DNA of 64,000 nt from Candidatus Bathyarchaeota archaeon (GCA_043826455.1 JBDRQD010000015.1:224001-288000); one strand, 5' to 3'; counted from the stretch's first letter, positions 29,190 through 39,575 are shown. Made by a program: numbers and translations. The notes: generated by a model from the letters alone, not told the origin.

Positions 29190-30152
29190 ATGAAGCCGCT
29201 GGTTCTCATAAGCTCCGACACCATGAACGTCCCTGAGGACGTCTCAGCCGCTCTGAAACCCCACGCGGAGGTCGTGTACGTCAAGGGCAACTACGACAAG
29301 CTTCTCCATAAGGCTAGGGCCCTCTTGGTTGGCGGCGAGAAGGTGAACGAAGAGTTCCTCAAGAAGTCCCCCAACTTGGGTGTGGCCGCAAGGTTCGGGG
29401 TGGGCTACGACTCTGTCAATGTAGACGCCTGCACCAGGAGGAAGGTGTATGTAACGCACACCCCCGATGTGCTGTCTGGGGGTGTAGCAGATCACACTTG
29501 GGCCCTGATCCTGGGCTTCATGAGGAGGATACCTGAGGCTGACCGAAACGCCCGGGAGCACTGGGCCAAGAGAGACAGGAGGCTGCCCTTCGGCTGGGAC
29601 ATGGAGGGCAAGACCCTAGGGCTCCTGGGGCTGGGCAGGATAGGGGCCGAGGTGCTTAAACGAGCCCAGGGCTTCGACCTGGACCTGGCCTACCATGACG
29701 TGGTAAGGCGTGAGGACCTGGAGAAGCAGTACGGGGTGAGGTACCTGGGCTTCGACGAGCTTCTGGGGGCCTCCGATATCCTCAGCATCCACGTCCCACT
29801 GCTTCCCTCCACCCGGGGCATCATAGGGGATGAGGCCCTCTCCAAGATGAAGACCTCCGCCGTGGTGGTGAACACCAGCCGCGGCCAGGTCATAGACGAG
29901 AAGGCCCTGTACAGGGCCCTGAAGAATGGACATATCAGGGGCGCCGCCCTGGATGTCTTCGAGGAGGAGCCCACGCCCCTGGACAACCCCCTGCTGACAC
30001 TGGACAACGTGGTGGTGACCCCCCACTGCGCCTCGGCCACCTGGGAGACTAGGCGCAAGATGGCTGAGACGGCCGTGGGCAACATCAAGGTCTTCCTGGA
30101 GGGCAGGAGGCCCCCCAACGTGGTGCCCGAGCAGAGGGGCGTCAGCTTCTAG
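29190..30152 (+). CDS. D-2-hydroxyacid dehydrogenase (glyoxylate reductase-like)
   Basis: GVGYD, GLGRIG, NTSRG, LDVFEEEP, TPHCAS. Confidence 0.9.
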   Translation: MKPLVLISSDTMNVPEDVSAALKPHAEVVYVKGNYDKLLHKARALLVGGEKVNEEFLKKSPNLGVAARFGVGYDSVNVDACTRRKVYVTHTPDVLSGGVADHTWALILGFMRRIPEADRNAREHWAKRDRRLPFGWDMEGKTLGLLGLGRIGAEVLKRAQGFDLDLAYHDVVRREDLEKQYGVRYLGFDELLGASDILSIHVPLLPSTRGIIGDEALSKMKTSAVVVNTSRGQVIDEKALYRALKNGHIRGAALDVFEEEPTPLDNPLLTLDNVVVTPHCASATWETRRKMAETAVGNIKVFLEGRRPPNVVPEQRGVSF

Positions 30153-30234
30153 GCTCCACATCTTTAATACCTCCTCGACGAATATCCGTGGACCCGAAAG
30201 GTGTAGCATCCATCGCTGCAGGTGAAGTGAAGAC

Positions 30235-30936
30235 TTGGATCTGTGGGCCAATGTCCCGGTCATGCTGGCGTGCTACGGCTACATCCTGGCCCTCATATTC
30301 GTGTCCGGCAGGATGAGTGACAGTGGCAGAGTATCCAAGAAGACCAGCCGCAAGTTCCTCCACGCCATGATAGGCAACCTACCTCTCATTATGCCCTTCT
30401 TCACCGACAGCCTGTTCCCCTTCCTGGTGGCCTCCCCCTTCATCTTCGTCACCCTCCTAGTCTCACCCTACTCGCCCTTCCCCGAGCTGGGAAAGAAGTT
30501 CAGCGGCCTCGCCGACATCACTGAGGAGGGCCACCACACGGGCCTGGTGCTCTACGCCATAAGCTACAGCCTCCTGGCCCTGGTCTACGGCGTCAAACCC
30601 TACATAGTGGCTGCCGGCATCTTCCCCATGGCCTACGGTGACAGCTCTGCGGCCATCATAGGCGAGAGGTTCGGCGTCCACAGGTACAGGGTTTTTGAGC
30701 AGAAGAGCTTGGAGGGTAGCCTGGGCATGTTGGCCGGCAGCCTCCTGTCACTGCTCGTCGGGATGCTTTACTTCAGCCGCCTCTACGGTTTCAGCTTCCA
30801 GGCTCAGGTTGCGCCGTGCCTGGCCGTGGCGCTCGTGGCCACCCTGGCTGAAGCAGTTAGCCCCAGGAGTCTGGACAATCTGAGTGTGCCCCTCCTGGGC
30901 GCGCTGACCTTCATTCTGATGGGCGGGGGCGTGTGA
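30235..30936 (+). CDS. CTP-dependent polyprenol/phytol/dolichol kinase family membrane protein
   Basis: SRKFLH, GDSSAAIIG..FG, KSLEGS, DNL..P. Confidence 0.85.
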   Translation: MDLWANVPVMLACYGYILALIFVSGRMSDSGRVSKKTSRKFLHAMIGNLPLIMPFFTDSLFPFLVASPFIFVTLLVSPYSPFPELGKKFSGLADITEEGHHTGLVLYAISYSLLALVYGVKPYIVAAGIFPMAYGDSSAAIIGERFGVHRYRVFEQKSLEGSLGMLAGSLLSLLVGMLYFSRLYGFSFQAQVAPCLAVALVATLAEAVSPRSLDNLSVPLLGALTFILMGGGV

Positions 30937-31499
30937 CGGTGTTCATAGTCATAGACGGTTTGGACGGCTCGGGGAAGAGCACTCAGGCTCGCCTCATATG
31001 CGGCAAGCTAGCCCGGAGAGGCAAGAGCTTCATATTGAGGTCCCACCCATCCCCGGACAACTTCTTCGGACGGATGGGCCGTGGCTACCTGCTCCTGGAG
31101 GGGAAGAGGGCGCGGATCGCCGCCAGCCTGTTCTACCTGGTGGACGTTATCCGCTCCGTGCTCCTGTACCGGTGGAGGAGGGCGGACTACGTCATCTTCG
31201 TCCGTTACCTCATGGGGACCGCCTATCTCCCGCGGCCCCTCCACCGGGTAGCCTACCTCTTCTTCTACAGGCTCGTCCCCACTAGCAGCCACATGTACTT
31301 CATAGACGTACGCCCTGAGGAGGCGTACAGGCGGCTGGAGTCCAGGGCGAGGAAGGAGATTTTCGAGACCCCTGAGAGGCTTAAGGAGGTCCGTGATAAG
31401 GTTCTGGGGCTCACGGTGAACGGCGGCTGGACCATAATAGATGGGAACCGGCCTTGGAGGGCTATCCACCGGCAGCTCTGCCTGCTCCTGGGTCTCTGA
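30933..31499 (+). CDS. Thymidylate-kinase-like P-loop kinase
   Basis: IDGLDGSGKST P-loop. VRY in place of the canonical DRY. GTGA overlap with the upstream gene. Confidence 0.7.
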   Translation: MTVFIVIDGLDGSGKSTQARLICGKLARRGKSFILRSHPSPDNFFGRMGRGYLLLEGKRARIAASLFYLVDVIRSVLLYRWRRADYVIFVRYLMGTAYLPRPLHRVAYLFFYRLVPTSSHMYFIDVRPEEAYRRLESRARKEIFETPERLKEVRDKVLGLTVNGGWTIIDGNRPWRAIHRQLCLLLGL

Positions 31500-32667
31500 G
31501 CCTGAGGATCAGGGGCACGGCGAGGCTCAGGGTGGCTATCTGGATGAACAGGGGCGCTGTGAACCCGTACCTCTCCAGGAGTACGCCTGCGAGCCACGGG
31601 GCCGGAATCGCACCTATCCTGCCATAGGCATCCAGCTTACCCATGACGCTGCTGCGCGTCTCCTTGGGCACGATCTCGGTCAGGAGGCTGGTCCAGCTGG
31701 GCATCCAGAAGCAGATGTCCACGGCGCTGATCCCGTTGAAAAGGATGTAGGCGGCGGGGGACTTGAAGAAGATGAATCCGAGAACCGTGACGTACGCCAT
31801 TACTATGCTACCCATGAGCATCCGCTTCCTGCCCAGCCTGTCGCTGAGCTTACCCAAGGGGATACTGCCCAGGGCCCAGACTAGGTTGAAGCTGGTGCTC
31901 ATGAACCCCAGCTCCAGGGTGGTGAAGCCCCTGTAGTCGGTGAGGGCCCCGTAGAAGAGGCTGTAGGCTACTGCGTACCCGAATCCCTGGATGAGCATGA
32001 TAGTATAGAGGCTAAGGTTGCTTGCCTCCGGTAGCAGGGCGCCCCGCATCATCTCGCGGAGGGGCTTAGCCTCAGCCTTCCTCGGGGTGTGGGTCTCCTT
32101 AACGAAGAGTAGGAGGATGACGAAGCCCACCAAATCCGCGACTAGGGCCGCGTAGAGGATGGGCGTGTAGCCCATGGTGAGAGCTATGTAGCCGCCCGCC
32201 GAGGCCATCAGGGTGCTGACGCCCTGGCTAATAGTCATCAGGGTACTCAGCGCCGTGGCCCTCCGGGCGTTGTCCACGCTCTCCGCTATCAGGGCGTTTC
32301 TCCCAGGGTTGCCCATCATGAACATAGCGGTGAAACCAATGAGGAAGGCGAACACCAGCAACGCCGGGTAGCTCTTAGACACTATGAGGACCAGTATCGC
32401 CAGAATCCTGCAGGCGTCAGCCGCAACCACCACTGGCCTGCGCCCGTAGTTGTCGCTCACGTAGCCCCAGGTGAACAGGCCGAGGCCGGTGCTGACGTTG
32501 ATCATGGTCTGGACGATGCCCAGCTGGCTCAGCGATATGCCGGTGCTGAGGAGGTAAGGCTGCCAGACAACGTAGAACATGCCGAAACCTATCTGGCTTA
32601 TGAGGGTCTGCGCGGCCAGCACCCGGATGTTGCCCTCCAGGGCCAGGAAACGGCTTAGGGACTTCAA
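31462..32667 (-). CDS. MFS transporter
   Basis: GYVSDNYGRR and GKLSDRLGRK. Confidence 0.88.
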   Translation of the reverse strand: MKSLSRFLALEGNIRVLAAQTLISQIGFGMFYVVWQPYLLSTGISLSQLGIVQTMINVSTGLGLFTWGYVSDNYGRRPVVVAADACRILAILVLIVSKSYPALLVFAFLIGFTAMFMMGNPGRNALIAESVDNARRATALSTLMTISQGVSTLMASAGGYIALTMGYTPILYAALVADLVGFVILLLFVKETHTPRKAEAKPLREMMRGALLPEASNLSLYTIMLIQGFGYAVAYSLFYGALTDYRGFTTLELGFMSTSFNLVWALGSIPLGKLSDRLGRKRMLMGSIVMAYVTVLGFIFFKSPAAYILFNGISAVDICFWMPSWTSLLTEIVPKETRSSVMGKLDAYGRIGAIPAPWLAGVLLERYGFTAPLFIQIATLSLAVPLILRLRDPGAGRAAGG

Positions 32668-32720
32668 GGCTCCGAGAACCTAGCATTAGTCACGTTGTCC
32701 AGAATAAAAATGAGGCGGAG

Positions 32721-33539
32721 CTAGCCCAGCGCCTCGCGGAGTAGCCTCAGGTTCCTCTCCACGTCGTGGGCGTCGTACATGCCGATGTTCCAGGCGTCTA
32801 TGAACCCGTGGAACTGGAGGACGTACCTTATGGCCTCATCCGCCCTTGCTCTAAGCTCCCCAGCTTGGAGTATCTTGATGACGTAGACGAACTTGCCGGC
32901 GTCGTGCAGGTCTCGGATGGCCTCGATCCTGTCCTCCTGGGAGCCGTCGTCCACGTAGGCTCCCGCCATGTTCAGCGTGGTGCAGACCACATCTATCTCG
33001 GGGACCTCCAGCACCTGCCTCAGCGTCTCGGTGCTGTGGGTGGATAATGCTGTGGCTCTCACCCGCCCCGTCTCCTTGGCGTCCAGGAAGGCCCTGAGCG
33101 CCCCCATCCTGCTGCTCAGCGGGCCGGAGACGTAGGGGCGATCCGACGCGTCCAGCTTCTCCACAGGCCTGGGCGGCACAATATGCAGGAACATGATGTC
33201 CACGTACTCGGTGCCCAGGTCCCTGAGGCTGAGCTCCACGGCCTTCACCCCCTCATCATAGGTGTGGGCGTTGGTCTTGTCCGCTACCACCACCTCTCCG
33301 CGGGGGACCAGTTTCAGGCCCTCGGCCACGTGGGGGTGGGTACCGTAGTCGTCGCTGGTGTCCCAGAAGTTGACTCCCAGCCTGTATGCCTTGGCGAGCC
33401 TTCTTCCCCCCTCTGGTGGCGGTACGTCGCCCTGGGTCTTGGCGCTCTCGGGGCCCTTCTTGAAGGTGAAGGGCTCGGTGCCGTAGCACAGCCTCGAGAC
33501 GGTGAGCCCCGTGTCCCCGAGCCTTGTGGTGAGCCTCAT
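32721..33539 (-). CDS. Aldo/keto reductase
   Basis: LG.TGL.VSRL..G, DTSDDYG, SLRDLGTEYVDI..LH. Confidence 0.88.
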   Translation of the reverse strand: MRLTTRLGDTGLTVSRLCYGTEPFTFKKGPESAKTQGDVPPPEGGRRLAKAYRLGVNFWDTSDDYGTHPHVAEGLKLVPRGEVVVADKTNAHTYDEGVKAVELSLRDLGTEYVDIMFLHIVPPRPVEKLDASDRPYVSGPLSSRMGALRAFLDAKETGRVRATALSTHSTETLRQVLEVPEIDVVCTTLNMAGAYVDDGSQEDRIEAIRDLHDAGKFVYVIKILQAGELRARADEAIRYVLQFHGFIDAWNIGMYDAHDVERNLRLLREALG

Positions 33540-33555
33540 CGCTTCCAGCCCTGGC

Positions 33556-33933
33556 TCAGTAGTTGGAGAAGTGGGCGTGGGCGATGCGCCAGCCTTCCCC
33601 TGCCTTGACGTAGAGGATGGTCACGGGGCCGCGCTGAGTCCTATCTGAGCCCTTCCTCTGGAAGAGCCAGTCCGCCTTCACCGCCGCGGAGTCAGCGAAC
33701 TCCTCGATGTCCACGTCCTCCAGCCACAGCCTGTTGCCCGTCTCCTTGCCTCCTGCCACGAACCCGAACTCCTCGTGGTGCCTGACGAGGCTGTCGATGC
33801 CCTTGATGAGCCCCTGCTTCTCGGAACTGAAGTAGGTCACCCGCCCGTCGTCGAGGAAGAGCCTTTTCACCTGGTTCAGGTCGTAGGTGTTCCAGAGCTT
33901 GACCCAATCTTCGACCGCGTCTGTTATGATCAT
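33556..33933 (-). CDS. NTF2/SnoaL-like protein
   Basis: WN..D, C-terminal W.I.H.H.S pattern. Confidence 0.75.
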   Translation of the reverse strand: MIITDAVEDWVKLWNTYDLNQVKRLFLDDGRVTYFSSEKQGLIKGIDSLVRHHEEFGFVAGGKETGNRLWLEDVDIEEFADSAAVKADWLFQRKGSDRTQRGPVTILYVKAGEGWRIAHAHFSNY

Positions 33934-34075
33934 CTTCAGGGAACACTTTACTCATCTGTGCTCTTAAACTTCTCCGAGCCGGCGCCTGCATGTTTGCGTC
34001 GGGAAACGGCTGACAGCCAGAGGCCGTGGGCGCCGCATCCGATCTTTTTTATCACTCTCTTTGACTAACTACCAT

Positions 34076-35320
34076 ATGAGCTCTGAGCGCCCCATGAGGC
34101 CGTTCATGATCGTCTTCGCCGGCCAGGCGTTCTCCCTCTTCGGCAGCAGGCTGGTCCAGTTCTCCCTCGTCTGGTGGATCACCGAGACCACGGGGCTGGC
34201 GTCCACCCTGGCCTTCGCCAGCATCGTCGCCATGCTGCCTCAGGTGCTGCTGGGGCCCTTCGCCGGCGCCTTGGTGGACCGTTGGAACCGTAAGACCGTG
34301 ATGATGGTCTCGGACTCCTTCATAGCGCTCGTGGTGGTGGCGCTGGCGTTTCTCTACGGCACCGGCGCCGTACGGCTCTGGCATGTCTTCCTGGCCATGT
34401 TCATCCGGTCCCTGGGTGGAGCCTTCCAGTGGCCCGCCATGCAGGCCACGACCACCATGATGGTGGACAAGGAGAGCCTCAGCCGGGTCGCCGGGATGAA
34501 CCAGAGCTTACAGGGATTGGCCGGTATCGTCGCGCCTCCGCTGGGGGCGTTCCTAATGCAGGTCATACCGATCCAGATAATACTGCTGATCGACGTAGCC
34601 ACGGCAGTACTCGCGGTGGGGTCCCTTTTCTTCATCAAGGTTCCTCAGCCCATCCGCGAGGTGACCGAGGTGCTGGGGCTGAAGACCGTGCTCTCGGACA
34701 TGAGGGAGGGGGCCAAGTTTGTGTGGAGCTGGAAGGGCCTCAGGATCATCATGGGGATGTCTATGATCATCAACTTCCTCATGAGCCCCGCCTTCAGCCT
34801 ACTTCCACTGGTGGTCACCAACCACTTCGACGGCGGCGCAGTAGAGCTGGGGTGGCTCCAGTCGGCCAACGGCGTCGGTATGATAGCCGGCGGCCTCCTC
34901 CTGGGGGCGTGGGGCGGCTTCAGGAAACGCATAGTCACCGCCATGACGTCGATAATCGTAAGCGGCGTCTTCATAGTGGCCTTCAGCTTCATGCCCCCCC
35001 AGCTGTTCCTGACGGCAGTGGGCTGCGTCTTCGTGTTCGCCGTCTTCAACGCCATGGCCAACGGGACCTTCTTCTCTAGCATACAGGCCGTGATCCCGCC
35101 CGAGATGCAGGGACGGGTGTTCACAATCCTGATGAGTCTAAGCGGAGGCATGACGCCCATCGGCCTCGCCTTCGCGGGGCCCGTCTCGGACAGCCTGGGC
35201 CTGTTCATCTGGTTCAGGATCGGAGGGATAGTGTTGGTGTTGATGGGCGCCGTTGCGTTCCTCTTACCGGCGGTCATGAACCTCGAGGAAGAGTTCGAGC
35301 AGCCTCAGGCAGAAGCTTGA
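34076..35320 (+). CDS. MFS transporter (DHA3/macrolide-efflux-like)
   Basis: GQAFSLFGS..VQF, GALVDRWNRK, PEMQGRVF. Confidence 0.88.
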   Translation: MSSERPMRPFMIVFAGQAFSLFGSRLVQFSLVWWITETTGLASTLAFASIVAMLPQVLLGPFAGALVDRWNRKTVMMVSDSFIALVVVALAFLYGTGAVRLWHVFLAMFIRSLGGAFQWPAMQATTTMMVDKESLSRVAGMNQSLQGLAGIVAPPLGAFLMQVIPIQIILLIDVATAVLAVGSLFFIKVPQPIREVTEVLGLKTVLSDMREGAKFVWSWKGLRIIMGMSMIINFLMSPAFSLLPLVVTNHFDGGAVELGWLQSANGVGMIAGGLLLGAWGGFRKRIVTAMTSIIVSGVFIVAFSFMPPQLFLTAVGCVFVFAVFNAMANGTFFSSIQAVIPPEMQGRVFTILMSLSGGMTPIGLAFAGPVSDSLGLFIWFRIGGIVLVLMGAVAFLLPAVMNLEEEFEQPQAEA

Positions 35321-35367
35321 CCCGTCTCTGGGAAGGCAATTATGTCTGAGGCGAGGATATACAATAC

Positions 35368-36018
35368 TTGGAGTCCATGCACCCGATAATACTAGTGCGG
35401 CACGGTGAGGCGGAGCATAACGTCAGCGACCTCAACGGAGGCTGGTCCCAGACAGGTTTAACGGAGCTGGGTGTCAGGCAGACCCGGGCAGTGGCCAGAA
35501 GACTGTCCGAGGAGCTGAGGGGCCACAGGGTGAGGCTGGTGGCCAGCGACCTGAGGAGAACAAGGGAGACGGCTGAGATCATATCTGAGGCCCTCGGGGT
35601 TCAACCCGAGTACAACGCCGGGGTCAGGGAGTTCAACAACGGGATAGCCGCCGACAAGACCAAGCAGGAGGTTCAGGAGTTCTTCGTGGAGCCCCATGAG
35701 CCCCTCCTGGACTGGCAGCCTTACCCCGGCTCGGAGACCTGGCGCCTATTCTATCGGCGCGTCTCGGAGGCCATGGATGAGCTAACTAGGGGGAACGACA
35801 GGGTCATGGTTGTGATCACCCACGGCGGCACAATCGTCCATATACTCTCCTGGTGGCTCAGGCTCACACCGGAGCAGATGATAAGAACGTCATTTAAGTG
35901 CGAGCCCACTGCCCTCACCGTCCTCAAGGTGACCGAGCTTAGGGAGCACATGGTCGAGCGCCTCAATGACACCCAGCACCTCGTGGAGTTGGGCGGCTAC
36001 AACCCCCTCAATCTTTAA
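35368..36018 (+). CDS. Histidine phosphatase family protein
   Basis: LVRHGE, SDL.R..ETA, THGG. Confidence 0.9.
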   Translation: MESMHPIILVRHGEAEHNVSDLNGGWSQTGLTELGVRQTRAVARRLSEELRGHRVRLVASDLRRTRETAEIISEALGVQPEYNAGVREFNNGIAADKTKQEVQEFFVEPHEPLLDWQPYPGSETWRLFYRRVSEAMDELTRGNDRVMVVITHGGTIVHILSWWLRLTPEQMIRTSFKCEPTALTVLKVTELREHMVERLNDTQHLVELGGYNPLNL

Positions 36019-36127
36019 CGTGAGCCTGATGGCTTCCTCCTGGGGCCTATGAGGCTGAAACAACGCATCTCTCTCGGAGCCACCCTGGACGGTAAAACAA
36101 TAAAACCCCCTGTGTCAACCTTAACGT

Positions 36128-36787
36128 GTGGACACCGTCAAGCTCCGGAACCTATCCGGCCTCATGTTCTTCATATTTGTCTCAGCCTACTTCGCCATGT
36201 TTCACATGGACCTGGGGAACACGCTGGTGGTGGTCTTCCTGAAGCTGGTCTCCGTCATCATCTTACCTGCGACGGTCTGCTTCAGCTGGCTCTACTTCTG
36301 GGCTGACAGCCTCGACCCCTTCCGGTACCTGAGCCTGTGGAACTGCGGCACCCAGGTCATGTTTCTCGCCGTGAACCTCCTCAGGGTGCCCCCCGCCCAC
36401 TGGGGGGCCGCGGGGTGGCTCTACATAGGGTTATCCGCCGTGATAGTGGCCCTCTACGTCACCAGGCTCCACAACACCAAGTGGGGCTTCTTCGCCGCTG
36501 GGGGACTCATACTGCTGAACGTGGCCCTGGTGTTCATCGTCACCCTCACGACTTACGACATGATCCATCCCTTCTTCGCGGCCAGCCAGTTGGAGCCTGT
36601 CCGGTACCTGGGGTATTTCATCACGGAACTGGCCGTCATGGGGGCGGTCTACTCCTCCAGCAGCCAGCTGTACTGGCACGACATACTCACTAAGCGGCGG
36701 GAGGAGGCCCTCGTGGAGCACATGTTCAACCGGCTGGATGAGGAGGCTACCCGACGGCGGGTATCAGAAACCTCTCAGGCAACCTGA
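36128..36787 (+). CDS. Hypothetical multi-pass membrane protein
   Basis: About 6 hydrophobic segments, host-like codon usage. Confidence 0.65.
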   Translation: MDTVKLRNLSGLMFFIFVSAYFAMFHMDLGNTLVVVFLKLVSVIILPATVCFSWLYFWADSLDPFRYLSLWNCGTQVMFLAVNLLRVPPAHWGAAGWLYIGLSAVIVALYVTRLHNTKWGFFAAGGLILLNVALVFIVTLTTYDMIHPFFAASQLEPVRYLGYFITELAVMGAVYSSSSQLYWHDILTKRREEALVEHMFNRLDEEATRRRVSETSQAT

Positions 36788-38306
36788 CAGAGTAGTCGTA
36801 GGCCTGCTCGCTGGAGCCCGTGAAGACAGCCACCATGTCCTGGTCGGGGAACACGTAGATGAACTGGCCCATGTAGCCGAGGGCCAGGTAGTAGCCGTCG
36901 TCGTCCACCCACCACTGGTACCCGTAGCCGTCCTTCAGGTTGGCCTGCAGGTGCTCCCGCGTCGCGGCCTCCACCCACTGCTCAGAGACTATCCTTCGGC
37001 CCTCCCACGCACCCTCTTTGAGGAACAGGTAGCCTATCTTCGCCATGTCGTGGGGCGTCAGGTACAGGCTGCTGTAGCCCCAGTTGTTCCCCTTGGCGTC
37101 TGCTCTCCACTCGTAGTCGCCTATGCCTAGGGGCCCGAAGAGGTGCTCCTCCGCGAACTCGGCGGCGGTGAGCCCAGTCTTCTCAGTGATCGTGCAGCTT
37201 AGGAGGTGGCTGACCCCGTTGGTGTACTCGAACCTGGACCCGGGCTCGAAGCCCATGGGGTGGCTCATCACGTACAGCACGGGGTCCTCCGAGCTCCTCA
37301 TGTCGTCCAGGTTCTCCCACTCGTATATCCAGCTGTCTCGGGCGTCGAAGCCGGCCGACATCATAAGCATGTCCTCCAGGGTTATCTGGCTCTTCCACTC
37401 GTGCCTGTTGGCGTACTCCACGTCCGGGAAGATGTCCACCAGTCTGGCGTCGAGCCCCTCGATGTACCCCTCATCCATGGCTATGCCGATGAGGGTGCTG
37501 ACCACGCTCTTGGTGCAGCTGTACACGATGTGCCTGTCATCAGCATCATACTCGCCGAAGTACTCGTCCAGCACAACGTACCCGTTCTTCACCACCAGGG
37601 CGCTGTCAACGGCGGTCCCGCTGGCCCTGATGTCCCTCACCATGGCGTCCAGGGTCTCCGCGTCCAAGCCCACCTCGCTAGGGTGGGCGTACCTCCAGCC
37701 GTCTGTGGGCCAGTAGGACTCCAACCTCCTCGGCTTAGTGGGCGGCTGAGTCTCCAGGCTCCTGAGCATCTTGGCCATCTGGTCCGAGAGCCACTCCCTG
37801 TCGCCTCCCAGCTTGATGTTGTAGAGCACAAACATCCGTCCCTCGGGGCTGGTCCAGCCTGCCATCAGCCCAGGCACAGCCACGCCGCCTGCTCTCAGGT
37901 TGAAGCCTCGGACGTAGACCTGTTTATCGCCCAGCTCCACCAGTTCTCCCTCCTCCACGTCAGTCAACTCGTTCTGCTTTCTCCCCTCCTCTATGATCTG
38001 GTCAGAGAACCCCCTCAGGCCACCAGCTTGGCCTGCCCCCCATACAATGCCCACTATGTTCGCTGCGTCGCCCTGGGACTCGCCCTGCATGTCTCCCAGC
38101 CAGTAGGAAGGCATAATGAAGTACACGACGGCTTCCCTCAACGTGCATTCCCGGGGGTGAACGAAGCTGAAGCCGTACCCGGTGAACTCGGTGTAGCCCA
38201 GCGGCGGGTCGTCTCTGTGCTGCCACAGGTTGAACCCGGTGACCATCAGCACCACCACCGTCATGATGAGGGCGTCGCGGTGCCTTGAGAGGAGTGCGGA
38301 CTTCAT
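36747..38306 (-). CDS. Membrane-anchored class C beta-lactamase-fold serine hydrolase with extra N-terminal domain
   Basis: N-terminal TM helix. SCTK, YTN, YGYQWW, LGYMGQ. Confidence 0.85.
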   Translation of the reverse strand: MKSALLSRHRDALIMTVVVLMVTGFNLWQHRDDPPLGYTEFTGYGFSFVHPRECTLREAVVYFIMPSYWLGDMQGESQGDAANIVGIVWGAGQAGGLRGFSDQIIEEGRKQNELTDVEEGELVELGDKQVYVRGFNLRAGGVAVPGLMAGWTSPEGRMFVLYNIKLGGDREWLSDQMAKMLRSLETQPPTKPRRLESYWPTDGWRYAHPSEVGLDAETLDAMVRDIRASGTAVDSALVVKNGYVVLDEYFGEYDADDRHIVYSCTKSVVSTLIGIAMDEGYIEGLDARLVDIFPDVEYANRHEWKSQITLEDMLMMSAGFDARDSWIYEWENLDDMRSSEDPVLYVMSHPMGFEPGSRFEYTNGVSHLLSCTITEKTGLTAAEFAEEHLFGPLGIGDYEWRADAKGNNWGYSSLYLTPHDMAKIGYLFLKEGAWEGRRIVSEQWVEAATREHLQANLKDGYGYQWWVDDDGYYLALGYMGQFIYVFPDQDMVAVFTGSSEQAYDYSVRLPERFLIPAVG

Positions 38307-38315
38307 ACACGATCA

Positions 38316-39491
38316 CTATATGTACTGTAGGATGGGCTTCGGGTACTGACGCTTCAGCTTCTCGTACCACAGGCACAGCCTCCACAGGACTACCAGGCCC
38401 ACGACCCAGAAGAGCAGCGTCTCAGGCAGCCCCAGGTAGAAGGGCGGCCTGTAGGCCCTTGGGGTGAAGTCGGGGAGCTGGGCCCTGTACAGCCAAAGGT
38501 GCACCAGGTAGAAGAAGAGGGGGTTCCTGCCGAACGCCAGGATGATACCCGAGACGCCTCCGTGGAACCAGTCCCGGTCCTGGATGTGGACCCCGAGGGC
38601 CAGCATCAGGCACATGCCCCCCAAGGTCCAGATTAGGAAAGCTAGGTCCGGCGGGTACTTGCTGACGTAGAGCCAGTCCACCAGGGTGTTGCCCATGCGG
38701 GGAACCAGGTTACCGTAGCCGTTTAGCCACCGTACTACTATGAAGGCCAAGATGGAGACTACGCCGGTCAGCGCCAGGGGCCTCTTAAGGCTCTTAATCT
38801 GCTCCTGCGTCTTGCCTTGGAGGTAGTTGCCGAGGCTCCACCCTAAGCCCATGACCCCCACCCACGGTATTATGGGGTATAACCCCACGTAGGGCCACCT
38901 GTCGAAGTTGGGTTCATGGAGTATTACGCGGAGGTACCAGCCCCAGTTGGGTTGCGTGGGTATGAAGCCTAGGTCCAGGAAGCCGTGGTTCAGCACTATG
39001 AGGAGCGACGCGACAAGGATTATCTTGGTGGGCAGCCTCCTGGCGACGCTAAAGATGATGAAACAGGCGCCGATGCAGGCTATGACCCCGAAGTAGGTCC
39101 ACGGGTTGCTGAAGGCCGGAGACACGAGGGCGGCCTCCAGGACCAGAAGCACTAGGCCCCTCTTGATGAGGTGATGCGTCACGCTCATCTGACCCTCTCC
39201 CTTCTCCAGTCTACGCTTGACCGAGAGGGCGAGGACGGTGCCTGCCAGGAAGATGAATATAGGCGCACAGTAGTGGCTAACGAAACGCAGCAGGAACCAG
39301 GTGGTATCTATAAAGGGCGGGGCCCTCCCTAGTATCCCCTCGCCACCGTGGTGGTACTGGTTCCAGAAACCGGATACGTGGTCCCACGCCATAATGGCCA
39401 TGACTATACCCCTGGCGAAGTCGATGAACTCCAGCCTGGGGAAACCTGAAGACGTTTGTTTAGCTTTTTCCTGAAGCGAAGATGAGGCCAT
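38316..39491 (-). CDS. DUF1624 / HGSNAT-like membrane acyltransferase
   Basis: IDFARG...AWDH, SHYCAP.F.FLAG, KYPP, PLFFY..H. Confidence 0.8.
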   Translation of the reverse strand: MASSSLQEKAKQTSSGFPRLEFIDFARGIVMAIMAWDHVSGFWNQYHHGGEGILGRAPPFIDTTWFLLRFVSHYCAPIFIFLAGTVLALSVKRRLEKGEGQMSVTHHLIKRGLVLLVLEAALVSPAFSNPWTYFGVIACIGACFIIFSVARRLPTKIILVASLLIVLNHGFLDLGFIPTQPNWGWYLRVILHEPNFDRWPYVGLYPIIPWVGVMGLGWSLGNYLQGKTQEQIKSLKRPLALTGVVSILAFIVVRWLNGYGNLVPRMGNTLVDWLYVSKYPPDLAFLIWTLGGMCLMLALGVHIQDRDWFHGGVSGIILAFGRNPLFFYLVHLWLYRAQLPDFTPRAYRPPFYLGLPETLLFWVVGLVVLWRLCLWYEKLKRQYPKPILQYI

Positions 39492-39575
39492 TGGACTCCC
39501 TTCCAAGATACGTGTTTTCCATACATAAGAAATCTTCAAGCCCGATGATGGGCGCTCATGATGAATCATGGAGCC

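Noticed and set aside
36024..36062. CTGATGG...GAAAC resembling a hammerhead ribozyme core
   Set aside because: The core should be CUGANGA. The stem II junction does not fit and no stems I/III with a cleavage triplet were found.
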